This document shows positions 19,610 to 30,412 of a stretch of 64,000 nucleotides of DNA, piece by piece. The translations under genes and the position numbers were made by a program. Each line of letters starts with the position of its first letter. Within the stretch, counting starts at the first letter, position 1. The DNA is taken from NCBI GenBank assembly GCA_050291935.1, contig JBNKKR010000004.1, positions 3,206 to 67,205 on the forward strand, read 5' to 3'. Under the pieces are notes generated by a model. That model did no database searches and was not told where the DNA came from. It worked only from the letters and a program-made list of their open reading frames with translations. The stretch comes from Desulfocapsaceae bacterium. GTDB lineage: Bacteria; Desulfobacterota; Desulfobulbia; Desulfobulbales; Desulfocapsaceae.

Positions 19610-21016
19610 ATGAAAATACAACCAATTATTCTTGCGGGTGGAACGGGATCAAGATTATGGCCCTTGTCGCGTGAGTTATACCCAAAGCAGTTGCTTAACT
19701 TGATTGATGAGACATCGTTGTTGCAGACCACTGTACTACGGGTGGCTCAGCTTGAAGGGGTATTGCCCCCCATCCTTGTGGTGGGTGAGGAACATCGATT
19801 TATTGCCAAAAGTCAAGTGGCTGGTCTTGGGCTTGATGAGTGCTGCAAAATCTTACTGGAGCCGATTGGGCGCAATACGGCCCCGGCTATTTGTGCTGCG
19901 GTTGAATATAGTGGTCTTGAGTTGGATGAGAAGAGTGTGCTTTTGGTACTGCCTGCCGATCATCTTATCATGCGCCAGGATGCTTTCCAAGAAGCTGTTT
20001 CTAAGGCGGTGCAGCTTGCAGAAGATGGAAAGATCGTAACCTTTGGTATTGAACCGCAGCATCCTGAGACGGGATATGGCTATATTGAGCGAGGCGAAAC
20101 CCATCTGGTGAGCTCTTTTTGCGAAAAGCCGGATCTTGAGACGGCAAAATCGTATCTTAAAAAGGGAAATTATTTTTGGAACAGCGGTATGTTTGCCTTT
20201 TCCATTGAGACCTTTAGACAGGAGATGGAACAGTTCGAACCGGAAATGCTTGTCGCCATGAAAAAGTCAGTGGAACTTGGGGTGGGTGATGATGTATTTT
20301 TTCGTCTTGACCTAAAAGCCATGGAAGAGAGCCCCAGTGAATCCATTGATTATGCCTTGATGGAAAAAACGAAGCGGGCGGCAGTGGTAGCTGCGGATCT
20401 TGATTGGAGTGATATCGGCTCCTGGTATGCTTTGTGGGAGGTGTCCGCAAAGGATAAGGATGGAAATGTCACCCAGGGCGATGTGATTTTGCATGATACC
20501 AAAAATTGTCTTGTTCGTTCAGAAGATACCCTTGTTGCCACGGTGGGGCTTGAGGATACTTTGGTGGTTGAAACCTCCGATGCGGTTTTAGTCGCACCCC
20601 TTGCTAAGGCGCAGGACGTAAAAAAAATCGTTTCCAGTCTGAAAAAAAGGCAGCGTTCCGAATTTAAAACCCATCGCACGGTGTTCCGCCCCTGGGGAAG
20701 CTATACAGTTCTTGAGGAACAGGAAAGGTATCAGATCAAGCGAATAACCGTAGCACCAGGATCAATATTGTCTTTACAAATGCATCACCATCGTCATGAA
20801 CATTGGGTGGTGGTCTCCGGGACTGCACGAATCACCAATGGAGAGGAAGTGTTCCTGTTATACGAAAACCAATCGACCTATATCCCCGCAGGCGTTACCC
20901 ATCGTCTGGAAAATCCAGGGGTAATGGATCTTGAGTTGATTGAGGTGCAGATTGGCAGCTATCTGGGTGAGGATGACATCGTTCGTCTGGAAGATATCTA
21001 TGGGCGTAAAAACTAA
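19610..21016 (+). CDS. manC: mannose-1-phosphate guanylyltransferase / mannose-6-phosphate isomerase (bifunctional type)
   Basis: ILAGGTGSRLWPLSRELYPKQ N-terminus and a C-terminal cupin domain (HHHRHEHWVVVSGTA). Confidence 0.9.
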   Translation: MKIQPIILAGGTGSRLWPLSRELYPKQLLNLIDETSLLQTTVLRVAQLEGVLPPILVVGEEHRFIAKSQVAGLGLDECCKILLEPIGRNTAPAICAAVEYSGLELDEKSVLLVLPADHLIMRQDAFQEAVSKAVQLAEDGKIVTFGIEPQHPETGYGYIERGETHLVSSFCEKPDLETAKSYLKKGNYFWNSGMFAFSIETFRQEMEQFEPEMLVAMKKSVELGVGDDVFFRLDLKAMEESPSESIDYALMEKTKRAAVVAADLDWSDIGSWYALWEVSAKDKDGNVTQGDVILHDTKNCLVRSEDTLVATVGLEDTLVVETSDAVLVAPLAKAQDVKKIVSSLKKRQRSEFKTHRTVFRPWGSYTVLEEQERYQIKRITVAPGSILSLQMHHHRHEHWVVVSGTARITNGEEVFLLYENQSTYIPAGVTHRLENPGVMDLELIEVQIGSYLGEDDIVRLEDIYGRKN

Positions 21017-22116
21017 TCCTTTTCCGGAAAAAGCTGATGGATGGCCTCTTTGCTGGCTGCTGTTACACCCCGCTCGGTGATAAGACCGGTAACAAGCCGT
21101 GCGGGAGTAACGTCGAAACTATAATTTCGGGCTTTGGTGCCAGGGGCAGTAAGCTGTACGGTTTCAACTTCTCCTTTACTGCCTAGTCCGGAAATCCTGG
21201 TGATTTCTTCACCAGAGCGCTCTTCAATGGGGATATCATACCCATTATCCAGTTCCCAGTCAAAGGTGGAAGAAGGGAGGGCAACGTAAAAGGGAATATT
21301 GTTGTCTTTTGCCGCAAGGGCCTTAAGGTAAGTACCGATTTTATTAGCCACATCTCCGGTGTGGGTGGTTCTGTCTGTGCCAACAATAACCATATCCACT
21401 AGACCCTTTTGCATCAGATGCCCACCGGCGTTATCTGTGATAAGGGTGCATTCAATACCTTCCTGTTGCAGCTCCCAGGCCGTAAGCTTCGCACCCTGAT
21501 TCCAGGGGCGTGTTTCATCCACCCACACATGGATATCAATTCCCGCATCTCTTGCTGCATAAATTGGTGCAGTTGCACTACCATAATCCACAAATGCAAG
21601 CCAACCGGCATTGCAGTGGGTGAGCAGATTAACAGTTTTACCGTTTTTTTCTTTTGCTATATCTGCAATAAGCTGTAGGCCGTGTTGGCCAAGTGATTGG
21701 CAAAAGGCCGCGTCTTCATCGGCGATATCACAGGCCGTTTGCAGACAAATGGCAAGCTTTTCCTTATGATTTTTTCCCTTACTTGCGGCTGCTAAAACCC
21801 TTTCCACGGCCCACTTGAGGTTTTTGGCAGTTGGACGGCTGGCATCAAGGAGGGTTGCTGCCTTTTGCAGGGCTTGATCCAGTTCGTTACCCTTGTGGCT
21901 GACGGCAGCAAGATACATCCCAAATCCAGCGGTGGCTCCAATGAGGCCGGCTCCTCGTACATGCATATCTCGAATTGCCTCTATTGCATCATCCAAAGAA
22001 CATAGTTTCTCAACCACAAATTGATGTGGAAGCTGCCGTTGATCAATAATGCAAACCTGTTCGGGGTTGTCGGTCGCAAGCCAAATGGTGCGATAATGCT
22101 GGTCGTTAATTTTCAT
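21013..22116 (-). CDS. mtnA: S-methyl-5-thioribose-1-phosphate isomerase
   Basis: eIF-2B alpha/beta/delta-like. MKINDQHYRTIWL... start at 22116 is preferred over the tracked 22185. Motifs THCNAG and GTDRTTHTGDVANKIGTY. Its stop overlaps the manC stop (CTAA). Confidence 0.85.
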   Translation of the reverse strand: MKINDQHYRTIWLATDNPEQVCIIDQRQLPHQFVVEKLCSLDDAIEAIRDMHVRGAGLIGATAGFGMYLAAVSHKGNELDQALQKAATLLDASRPTAKNLKWAVERVLAAASKGKNHKEKLAICLQTACDIADEDAAFCQSLGQHGLQLIADIAKEKNGKTVNLLTHCNAGWLAFVDYGSATAPIYAARDAGIDIHVWVDETRPWNQGAKLTAWELQQEGIECTLITDNAGGHLMQKGLVDMVIVGTDRTTHTGDVANKIGTYLKALAAKDNNIPFYVALPSSTFDWELDNGYDIPIEERSGEEITRISGLGSKGEVETVQLTAPGTKARNYSFDVTPARLVTGLITERGVTAASKEAIHQLFPEKD

Positions 22117-22424
22117 AGGATGAGATGGGTAATTTTGACAAAAATGTAAAAATGTTCGAAAAACGAAACAAAATTGTGTGACCATTGTGGGGTCTACCGA
22201 GACATTTTACTGTGAAAAAGTCCAATGTCAACCCTGCAAAAGAGAAGAGAGTTTGAGGTGGGCTATGGAGCAAATCTGCAACCTATTTTACTGTTTTAAT
22301 CGCTATTGCACCGTAGTTGCAGAAAAGAGTCTCACGGTTGAATTTGCTGTTTTGTAAAAGGTCCACAGAAATGGAAGTGGGTGGCAAGGGCAAGAAACAA
22401 GATAAAAAGCGACGGCAGGGAATC

Positions 22425-22439
22425 TGGCATAAGTGTTGA
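22425..22439 (+). promoter_or_regulatory. candidate sigma54 (-24/-12) promoter upstream of the amt operon
   Basis: TGGCAT-AAGTG-TTGA versus the consensus TGGCAC-N5-TTGC. The GG is correctly spaced but the -12 element is GA rather than GC. About 150 nt upstream of the amt ATG. Weak call. Confidence 0.3.
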
Positions 22440-22586
22440 TAAGGGGGCTGTGGATTTTGTGGAATTGCAATTGTAGTTTTGCTTGAGGAGGCAACTACAT
22501 TCCACAATTGAGGAATCGAGAAGGGAGATCTCGATAATTTTGCCAAGACGGGAGATCTTGGTGGCTAATTCTTTACGGAGGAGCAA

Positions 22587-23810
22587 ATGATTAGTGCAGC
22601 GGATACCGCCTTTATTTTGGCGGCAGCCGGCTTGGTGTTGCTTATGACACCGGGACTGGCATTGTTTTATGCGGGAATGGTTCGGGAGAAGAATGTTCTT
22701 GCGACCATTATGCAGTCTGTCTTCTTGATAGCGTTGATTTCTGTTGAGTGGGTTTATCTTGGCTACAGTATGTCTTTTGGGCCTGATGTTGGTGGTGTTG
22801 TGGGAGATTTATCCTGGTTTGCCTTAAAAGGTGTAACAAATGCGCCAAGTCCAGACTACGCAAGCACCATTCCGCAAACGGTTTTTATGATTTATCAGTG
22901 CATGTTTGCAATTATTACACCGGCTCTTATTACCGGTGCCTTTGCTGAGCGGGTGCGTTTTGTGCCATTTCTGGTCTTTTCCCTGTTATGGGCCGTTTTG
23001 GTGTACAACCCGGTTTGCCACTGGGTTTGGGGGAAAGGCGGCTGGCTTGGTTCCATGGGCGTTTTGGATTTTGCCGGTGGGCTGGTTGTTCATGTAACCT
23101 GTGGTGCTGCAGCACTGGCTGCAGTTTTTGTTATTGGGCCGCGGCAGGGATATGGACGGCAGAGTTTTATGCCGCATAGTTTGCCAATGACATTTGTCGG
23201 GACGGGACTTCTCTGGTTTGGCTGGTTTGGTTTTAACGGAGGTTCTGCCCTTGCTGCCAATGAGGTAGCCGCAACAGCCTTTGTTGCGACTCATCTTGCC
23301 GGTATGGCGGGGATGCTGATGTGGGTGGTCATGGAATGGATTAGCCTTGGTAAGGCAACGACACTTGGCGCTGCTTCCGGTGCCATAGCGGGTCTTGCCA
23401 CCATAACCCCGGCAGCCGGTTTTGTCGGGCCAAATTCGGCGATAGTGATTGGTCTTATTGCAGGAACGATCTGCTTTGCCGCAGTAAATTTGAAAGGAAA
23501 ATTAAAACTTGATGATTCCCTTGATGTTGTGGGAATTCATGGAGTAGGCGGAGCGGTGGGAACACTCTGCCTTGGTGTGTTTGCCTCAACTGCTGTAAAC
23601 CCAGGTGGCGTTGACGGACTGTTGGCTGGTAGTGCAAAACAGCTTGGTCTGCAAGCCCTTGGTGTGGCCGTGGTTGGCGTATATACGCTGGTTGTAAGTT
23701 GGATTTTATTAAAACTTGTCCATAGTACTATTGGGATAAGGGTAACGGAAGAGGCGGAAGTAGTTGGCCTGGATTCAAGCGAACATACAGAAAGCGCCTA
23801 TAACAGTTAA
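22587..23810 (+). CDS. amt: ammonium transporter (Amt family), copy 1
   Basis: 407 aa, multi-TM, with signature DFAGGLVVHVTCGAAALA and GWFGFNGGSAL. GGAGGAG Shine-Dalgarno upstream. Confidence 0.95.
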   Translation: MISAADTAFILAAAGLVLLMTPGLALFYAGMVREKNVLATIMQSVFLIALISVEWVYLGYSMSFGPDVGGVVGDLSWFALKGVTNAPSPDYASTIPQTVFMIYQCMFAIITPALITGAFAERVRFVPFLVFSLLWAVLVYNPVCHWVWGKGGWLGSMGVLDFAGGLVVHVTCGAAALAAVFVIGPRQGYGRQSFMPHSLPMTFVGTGLLWFGWFGFNGGSALAANEVAATAFVATHLAGMAGMLMWVVMEWISLGKATTLGAASGAIAGLATITPAAGFVGPNSAIVIGLIAGTICFAAVNLKGKLKLDDSLDVVGIHGVGGAVGTLCLGVFASTAVNPGGVDGLLAGSAKQLGLQALGVAVVGVYTLVVSWILLKLVHSTIGIRVTEEAEVVGLDSSEHTESAYNS

Positions 23811-23833
23811 CGGTTTTTTTGTTTAGGAGTAGA

Positions 23834-25054
23834 ATGATGAATAGTGGAGATACAGCATTTATGCTGGTAGCAACAGCGATGGTAATGCTCATGACACCGG
23901 GCTTAGCCCTCTTTTACAGTGGACTGGTACGAAGTAAAAACGTCCTGTCCACCACCATGCAGAGTTTTATCTGTTTGGGAGTTATTTCTGTAATTTGGGC
24001 TCTCTATGGATATTCCATGGCCTTTGGACCCGATGTCAGTCATTTTGTCGGCAATTTTGATTTTGCTGGCCTGAAAAATGTCGGACTTGCTCCCGGACCC
24101 TATTCGGACACTATTCCTGACTTGCTCTTTTGTGCATTTCAATTGATGTTTGCAATTATTACCCCTGCTCTTATTACCGGAGCAATAGCTGAGCGAATGA
24201 AGTTTTCGGCCTATCTTCTTTTTATTGTGCTTTGGGCCACTTTTGTTTATTTTCCAGTATGTCACTGGGTATGGGGCCAAGGTGGATGGCTTGGTGGAAT
24301 GGGCGCCCTTGATTTTGCGGGTGGAACGGTTATCCATATCAATTCAGGTGCTGCTGCATTGGTTGCCTGTCTTGTACTTGGTAAGCGAAAGGGATATGGA
24401 AGAGACGCCATGCACCCCCATAATTTACCTATAACTGTGCTTGGTGCCGGGTTGTTATGGTTCGGTTGGTTTGGTTTTAACGCTGGTTCTGCTCTTTCAG
24501 CAGGTCCTGTTGCGGTACTTGCCCTTATGACCACCCAGGTGGCAACCGGAGCTGGTCTGCTTGCCTGGGTCCTTGCAGAATGGAAAATTCAGGGAAAACC
24601 AACGGTTTTAGGAGCAGCTTCTGGAGCCCTTGCGGGTCTTGTTGCCATCACCCCAGGTGCTGGTTTTGTGGGGCCTCTTTCAGCGGTTGCCATAGGCGCA
24701 ATTGCTGGAGTGATCTGTTATGTGGCCGTACTTGCGAAATCTAAGTTTGGCTATGACGATTCCTTAGACGTTGTGGGAATACATGGCGCAGGAGGAGTGT
24801 GGGGAGCGCTTGCTACTGGAATTTTTGCTTCAACTGCAGCAAACCCGGATGGTGCCAATGGGCTTCTTTTTGGTAATCCTGGGCAGTTAACCATTCAGGC
24901 CATTGGTGTTGGGGCAACAATTGCGTATTCAATTGTACTAACGTTTGTTATTTTAAAAGTACTTGATGTTGTAATAGGTCTTCGGGTGGAGAAAGATGAG
25001 GAAACCCAAGGGCTTGATGTGACTACCCATGGCGAGGTTGGCTATAATTTATAG
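23834..25054 (+). CDS. amt: ammonium transporter (Amt family), copy 2
   Basis: Paralog of the preceding gene (DFAGGTVIHINSGAAALV, GWFGFNAGSAL). The ATG at 23834 follows AGGAG and is preferred over the tracked TTG at 23819. Confidence 0.95.
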   Translation: MMNSGDTAFMLVATAMVMLMTPGLALFYSGLVRSKNVLSTTMQSFICLGVISVIWALYGYSMAFGPDVSHFVGNFDFAGLKNVGLAPGPYSDTIPDLLFCAFQLMFAIITPALITGAIAERMKFSAYLLFIVLWATFVYFPVCHWVWGQGGWLGGMGALDFAGGTVIHINSGAAALVACLVLGKRKGYGRDAMHPHNLPITVLGAGLLWFGWFGFNAGSALSAGPVAVLALMTTQVATGAGLLAWVLAEWKIQGKPTVLGAASGALAGLVAITPGAGFVGPLSAVAIGAIAGVICYVAVLAKSKFGYDDSLDVVGIHGAGGVWGALATGIFASTAANPDGANGLLFGNPGQLTIQAIGVGATIAYSIVLTFVILKVLDVVIGLRVEKDEETQGLDVTTHGEVGYNL

Positions 25055-25080
25055 GCTGCTTCGTAAAGGAGTCTTTTTGA

Positions 25081-25433
<353 letters not shown>

Positions 25434-25434
<1 letters not shown>

Positions 25435-27995
25435 TGGTGATTTTACGTACCCAAAAGGAGACGCTTGAGGAGTTGTGGAAGCAGGGTTTGAGTGGTCAGG
25501 CCCTGCTTGCAGAACTGAGCCGTATTGTCGATGCGTTTATTGTTGAACATTTTGAGCAAGTGGCCGATGAAAGCTTACGGGAAGCAGTAGCCGTTATCGC
25601 TCTTGGTGGGTATGGCCGCAAAGAGTTATTCCCCTATTCCGATATTGATCTATTGATTCTTTTTCGTGAGGACGCAAAAGAAGAGATGGAGCAGGTGGCA
25701 GGCGCAATCCTGTATCCTCTTTGGGATACAGGATTTGATGTGGGCCATGGGGTGCGTAGTGTTCAAGAGTGTTTGAGCCATGCAAGTGAAGATTTCTTTT
25801 TTCAAGTGGCCATGCTCGATGCCCGAATGCTTGCTGGTTCTCGTCAGTTGTACAAAGAGTTGCAGGATACATTTCGAGCCGAGTTCGTCGATGGTGCAAG
25901 AGAAGAGTTTGTCAGCGTTATGCAAAAATTTATGGCTGATAGGCGTAAACGTTTTGGCAGCCATGGGTATCTTCTTGAACCAAATATAAAAGAGTCAAAA
26001 GGCGGCATGCGTGATATCCAGGCCATGTTATGGACGGCTTTGGTTATTTTTGGTTTGCAGGACATTGAGGCTATCACCACTGCTGGGATTCTACTTGAAG
26101 AGGAGAAGGATGAATTCCTGAAAGCCTGGAATATGTTGATCAGGATCAGGAATCGGTTGCACTATATAAGTGGCCGTAAAAATGAGCAGCTCCATTTTGA
26201 AAAGCAAGAAGAGATGGCTGCGGCCTTTGGCTATAAGGATAGTGCGGGAATGCTGGCTGTGGAAAGCTTTATGCGTGAGTTTTACGCCCATTTGCAGACC
26301 ATTGCAGTGACGACCGATTTGTTCTTTGGGCATGTGGACGATGTTTTGGGCCTTGCCGAGGGAGAAAATAAAGGGAAAGTAGTTGAGAGGGGAATTGAAA
26401 TTCGGATGAACCGGGTGCATCTTGTGGCTCGGGCTGAAGAACTTATTGCCAGGCCGTATCTGTTGATGCGCCTTTTCCTGGTTGCTGCTAAGACAGGTCT
26501 TCCGATCCATCATAGAACCATTAAAATTATTGGTGGAAATCTTGGCCTTATTGACGACAAGCTACGCGTTTCTGCACGCATGGCTAAACCTTTTTTTGAG
26601 ATTCTTGAAAGGGGGAAGGAACTTCTTTCTGTACTTGAAATGATGCTTGAAACGGGTTTGCTTTCAGCATATATCCCTGAATTTGCAAGAATTGAATCCC
26701 TTGCCCAGCATGATGTGTATCATATATACACCGTGGATCGTCACCTTTTGCAAAGTGTGGTGGAGCTTCGTTGTGCCATAGCATCGGAGCAGGCTATTTA
26801 TGAGCATGTCGCATCTCCCCGCGTTCTTTTTCTTGCAACCCTGCTCCACGATATCGGAAAGGGCGCAGGAAAGGATCATTCCATCCTTGGTGCAGATTTG
26901 GTTGCTGACATTGGCCGCAGATTTGGCTTTGATGAAATGGAAAGGGACTCCTTGCAGTTCGTTATCCGTCAGCACCTTTTTCTTCCCGAAAATGCGCTTC
27001 GTCGTGATTTGAATGATGAGCTTTTTATTCGGCGCTGTGCCGAAACAATAGGCAATAATGATCGGCTAGCTATGCTCTATCTTATCTCTGTTGCAGATTC
27101 CAGGGCAACAGGGCCTTCAGCCTGGAGTGATTGGAAGGCGTCATTGCTTTTTGAGATGTATTTGAAAGTGTTGCCGTACCAGCAAGTAACCGAGGCGGAT
27201 GATGTCCAGCAGCAAGTGGATCAAGGTGTTGATTGGTTGCGGGAACAGGTCGCTTCTTTACTTAGGGAGGAAAGTGAGGCCAGGGTGTTTGTGGATGATC
27301 TACCCGCCGATTATCTCTTGAGTTTTACGCCGGAAACGGTTGTTCGGCACTGTAGGCTCCACGCGCAGCATAATGGTATTCTTTCCCAAAAAGCCCTGCT
27401 GTTTCAAACGGAGATGCGTGATCGCTGGGCGCTTTTGGTGATGTGTCGTGATAGAAACGGGCTGCTGGCTAAGATTTGTGGGGTGTTAAGCCTGCATAAC
27501 CTGAATGTTTTGAATGCTCACGTGTTTACTTGGGAAAATGGCAGCGCAGTCGACGTACTTGAAGTCAAAGCCGATGACAATTTGGGGTTTGCTGAAATAG
27601 ATTGGAAAGGTGTTGAAACTGATCTCAACCGGGCTCTGGTGCATCGCCTGGGGCTTGGGCATAGGTTGTATAAAAAACTCAAAACGGCCTATCCGAGGCG
27701 AAAGGTTCTCGATGCCGGTGTGGAGACAAGGGTACAGATAGAGAATGATACGTCAAAAAACTATACGATTGTAGAGGTGTATTGCCCGGATCGTGTGGGG
27801 CAGCTCTACCGGATCACCCAGACCTTGGCAGATTTTGGGATATCCATCTATCGCGCCTATATAGCTACAGAAGTGGAACAACTTATAGATGTCTTTTATG
27901 TGCTTGACAATAAAGGACAAAAAATCATGGATCCGTCTTTTATCCAGGAGCTCCATGATGGATTGTACTATGGAATAGAGAGCGTGGTGCAGTAG
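25434..27995 (+). CDS. glnD: [protein-PII] uridylyltransferase/uridylyl-removing enzyme
   Basis: 853 aa. Nucleotidyltransferase motif GGYGRKELFPYSDIDLLILF, HD domain (LLHDIGKG) and two C-terminal ACT domains. The start overlaps the glnK stop (TAATG). Confidence 0.9.
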
Positions 27996-28189
27996 CTAAC
28001 AGTTACAAATTTGTGAGCAATATATTTTTTATTGAATTTTTCTCTCAAAATGGTAAGAGAGAGCATTTGGATTTTGGTGTCGCTTTTGAACAGCAATGTA
28101 TTAATAAGGCCCGTTACGGGAACATCTTTTATTTGGTAGCAATTGGCCGGGTAAGAGAGGCTATTTAACCTCAGTAAGGAGACGTTACG

Positions 28190-29521
28190 ATGACAAGAGA
28201 CGAGATTATGAAAACGATTGAGGAGGAAAATATTCACTATTTTCGCCTTCAGTTCGTTGATATTTTAGGGTTTATGAAAAACGTTGCCATCCCCCGCAGC
28301 CAGGTGGAGAAGGCCCTTGATGGAGATATTATGTTTGATGGTTCTTCCATCGACGGTTTTGTACGTATTAACGAATCAGATATGTATTTAAAACCAGACT
28401 ACAATACCTTCACCGTTCTTCCCTGGAGGAATCATGATGGTGTGGCTGCTGCCCGTATTATTTGTGATGTTGCTAAGTCCGATGGAACACCTTTTGCCGG
28501 ATGTCCGCGGAACAACCTCAAACGTGTACTTGCTGAGGCAAAAGAACTCGGTTACACCATGAATGTTGGTACCGAGGCTGAGTTTTTCCTTTTTGAAAAA
28601 GATGAGGATGGAACCGCCACCACCATTACCAACGATGTTGCCGGGTACTTCTCTTTGGATCCGGAAGATACCGCCAACGATTGTCGCCGCGAAATTATCG
28701 AGACCCTTGAGGAAATGGGTTTTGAGATTGAGGCTTCTCATCATGAAGTTGCCGAAGGCCAACATGAGATTAACTTCAAATATGCCGATGCCCTTACCGC
28801 TGCAGATAACACCGTTACCTTTAAATGGGTTGTAAAATCCATCGCAGCTCGTTACGGACTCCACGCAACCTTTATGCCAAAACCAATTTTTGGTATCAAT
28901 GGTTCCGGAATGCATACCAATCAGTCCCTTTTTAATGCAGCCGATGGTACCAACGTATTCTTCGATGAGAGTGACAAGTTGCAACTCTCTGAGACAGCGT
29001 ATCAGTATATTGCTGGAGCACTGAAAAATGCTCGTGGTTTTGCTGCGGTAACCAACCCGCTGGTTAACTCCTACAAGCGCCTTGTTCCTGGTTATGAGGC
29101 TCCTGTATATGCTGCCTGGTCTGCTTCTAACCGTTCAGCCCTTGTTCGTATTCCAGCCTCTCGTGGACTTGGAACCCGTACAGAGATCCGTTGCCCGGAT
29201 CCAACCTGTAACCCATACCTGGCACTGGCAATGATGCTTAACTCCGGTCTTGACGGAGTGAAAAACAAACTGACTCCTCCTGCATCCGTTGATCGCGATA
29301 TCTTCAAAATGAATGCTGCTGAAATGGATGAGGCCGGTATCCTTATAATGCCAGCCAATCTGAAAGAGGCTATTGAAGAGCTGAAAGCAAATCCAATCGC
29401 CAAAGAAACCCTTGGCGAGCATATCTTTGAGAAATATATCGAAGCCAAGGAAGCTGAGTGGGACAAGTATCGCACAGCAGTGACCGATTGGGAGCTTGAT
29501 GAGTATCTTGATGTGTATTAA
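28190..29521 (+). CDS. glnA: glutamine synthetase, type I
   Basis: 443 aa. [22 protein letters not shown], and [18 protein letters not shown] motifs. Confidence 0.95.
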   Translation: MTRDEIMKTIEEENIHYFRLQFVDILGFMKNVAIPRSQVEKALDGDIMFDGSSIDGFVRINESDMYLKPDYNTFTVLPWRNHDGVAAARIICDVAKSDGTPFAGCPRNNLKRVLAEAKELGYTMNVGTEAEFFLFEKDEDGTATTITNDVAGYFSLDPEDTANDCRREIIETLEEMGFEIEASHHEVAEGQHEINFKYADALTAADNTVTFKWVVKSIAARYGLHATFMPKPIFGINGSGMHTNQSLFNAADGTNVFFDESDKLQLSETAYQYIAGALKNARGFAAVTNPLVNSYKRLVPGYEAPVYAAWSASNRSALVRIPASRGLGTRTEIRCPDPTCNPYLALAMMLNSGLDGVKNKLTPPASVDRDIFKMNAAEMDEAGILIMPANLKEAIEELKANPIAKETLGEHIFEKYIEAKEAEWDKYRTAVTDWELDEYLDVY

Positions 29522-29582
29522 TTTGTAGTGGATCTACACGAGAGTTCTCTTTAACATTTGTTGTTGGAGAGGTCTTATCTGT

Positions 29583-29622
29583 AAGCCTTGTTGATGTAAT
29601 TTTATCGACAAGGCTTTTTTTT
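29583..29622 (+). terminator. Rho-independent terminator after glnA
   Basis: AAGCCTTGT-(16-nt loop)-ACAAGGCTT followed by a T8 run. It marks the left edge of the accessory islet. Confidence 0.8.
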
Positions 29623-29636
29623 ATGCCGGTGTTAGG

Positions 29637-29906
29637 TTATTCAAACAAGTCTGAATGCGTACCAGTACGGTACAAGATAACAGTTTTTTCTGTTACTGAA
29701 TAAATTAAAAGCCAATCTGACTCTATGTGACACTCTCTGTGTCCGATCCAGTTTCCAGTCAAGTTATGGGGGAAACATGTTTGAGGAGCATCCCCGGTAT
29801 TGCATATTTCAGAGATAATAAGTTTGAGAGCTTCAAGATTCTTACCCCTTTTTTTCTGTCGTTTGAGGTCTTTTTTGAATCGAGTGGTATATTGTTGCTT
29901 TCTCAT
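29637..29906 (-). CDS. yafQ: type II toxin, YafQ family (RelE/ParE superfamily mRNA interferase)
   Basis: 89 aa. FKKDLKRQKKRGKNL...HNLTGNWIGHRECHIESDWLLIYSV...ILYRTGTHSDLF is the YafQ signature. Confidence 0.85.
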   Translation of the reverse strand: MRKQQYTTRFKKDLKRQKKRGKNLEALKLIISEICNTGDAPQTCFPHNLTGNWIGHRECHIESDWLLIYSVTEKTVILYRTGTHSDLFE

Positions 29907-30172
29907 TCTTTTAGCATATCTGAGAACGCATCTTCTACATTGGAATATGTTGACAGGTTTTTGGGATTTTCTGCTTCTTTGAAGGCCTCTATTGTTTCGC
30001 TATTAGGAATGTGGGGAACTGAGACGTCAAAGGGAAGGCCTTTTCTCATAACCAGTTGACGAAAAGTCATGCGGATCAGCTCGGTAGTGGTCATTCCGAG
30101 TTGATTTAGAATTTTTTCCCCTTCCTTTTTAAGGGGCTCTTCAATGCTCGCTTGTATCCTACTCATACTCAT
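29903..30172 (-). CDS. dinJ: type II antitoxin, RelB/DinJ family
   Basis: 89 aa with a ribbon-helix-helix N-terminus (RIQASIEEPLKKEGEKILNQLGMTTTELIRMTFRQLV). 4-nt overlap with the toxin gene. Confidence 0.85.
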   Translation of the reverse strand: MSMSRIQASIEEPLKKEGEKILNQLGMTTTELIRMTFRQLVMRKGLPFDVSVPHIPNSETIEAFKEAENPKNLSTYSNVEDAFSDMLKE

Positions 30173-30210
30173 ATTTTACTCTCTTCTGAGTATCTGTCAA
30201 TTTAAATCCC

Positions 30211-30310
30211 GGCAGGTTTCCAGGGCCATTTTTTGCAAGGTCCGAAAGGGACTGAAAGCAGTAGCGTGAGCAGCGATCAAGAATTATCCATGAAAACCAC
30301 ATGTGCTGCC
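30211..30310 (+). pseudogene. decayed fragment homologous to an internal segment of the downstream AAA/DUF4143 ATPase gene
   Basis: GGTTTCCAGGGCCATTTTTTGCAAGGTCCGAAAGGGACTGAAAGCAGTAGCGTGAGCAGCGATCAAGAATTATCCATGAAAACC aligns by eye, with substitutions and small indels, to 30854..30955 (GGTTTTCCGGAGCCATTTTTTGCAGGTTCAGAAAGGGACTGGAAACGTTGGCAGCGTGAGCGACAGTCAAGGGTTATCCATGAAGACC). No intact reading frame. Confidence 0.7.
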
Positions 30311-30412
30311 CCCTTATGTTTCATGTTTTACTCTGTGTTTTGTGAATTTTCTGGTTGACCTTAAAAATACAAAGGATATAATTTGATTGACCCGAAAATT
30401 CACGGAAACTCT

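Noticed and set aside
21013-21016. Overlapping stop codons (CTAA) of convergent manC and mtnA
   Set aside because: The overlap is real but trivial. No regulatory inference can be supported from the sequence alone.
22283-22586. Three overlapping minus-strand ORFs (84-87 aa) in the mtnA/amt intergenic region
   Set aside because: They are mutually overlapping with no Shine-Dalgarno and no motifs. The region is better explained as a promoter and structured leader of the amt operon.
22906-24534. Multiple short ORFs on both strands inside the two amt genes
   Set aside because: These are alternative-frame artefacts of GC- and Gly/Ala-rich membrane protein coding sequence, with Arg/Pro-rich translations.
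28131-28146. TGGTAGCAATTGGC upstream of glnA as a sigma54 promoter
   Set aside because: The GG-to-GC spacing is one nucleotide short of the -24/-12 consensus. The alternative at 28075..28089 is kept only as a weak note.
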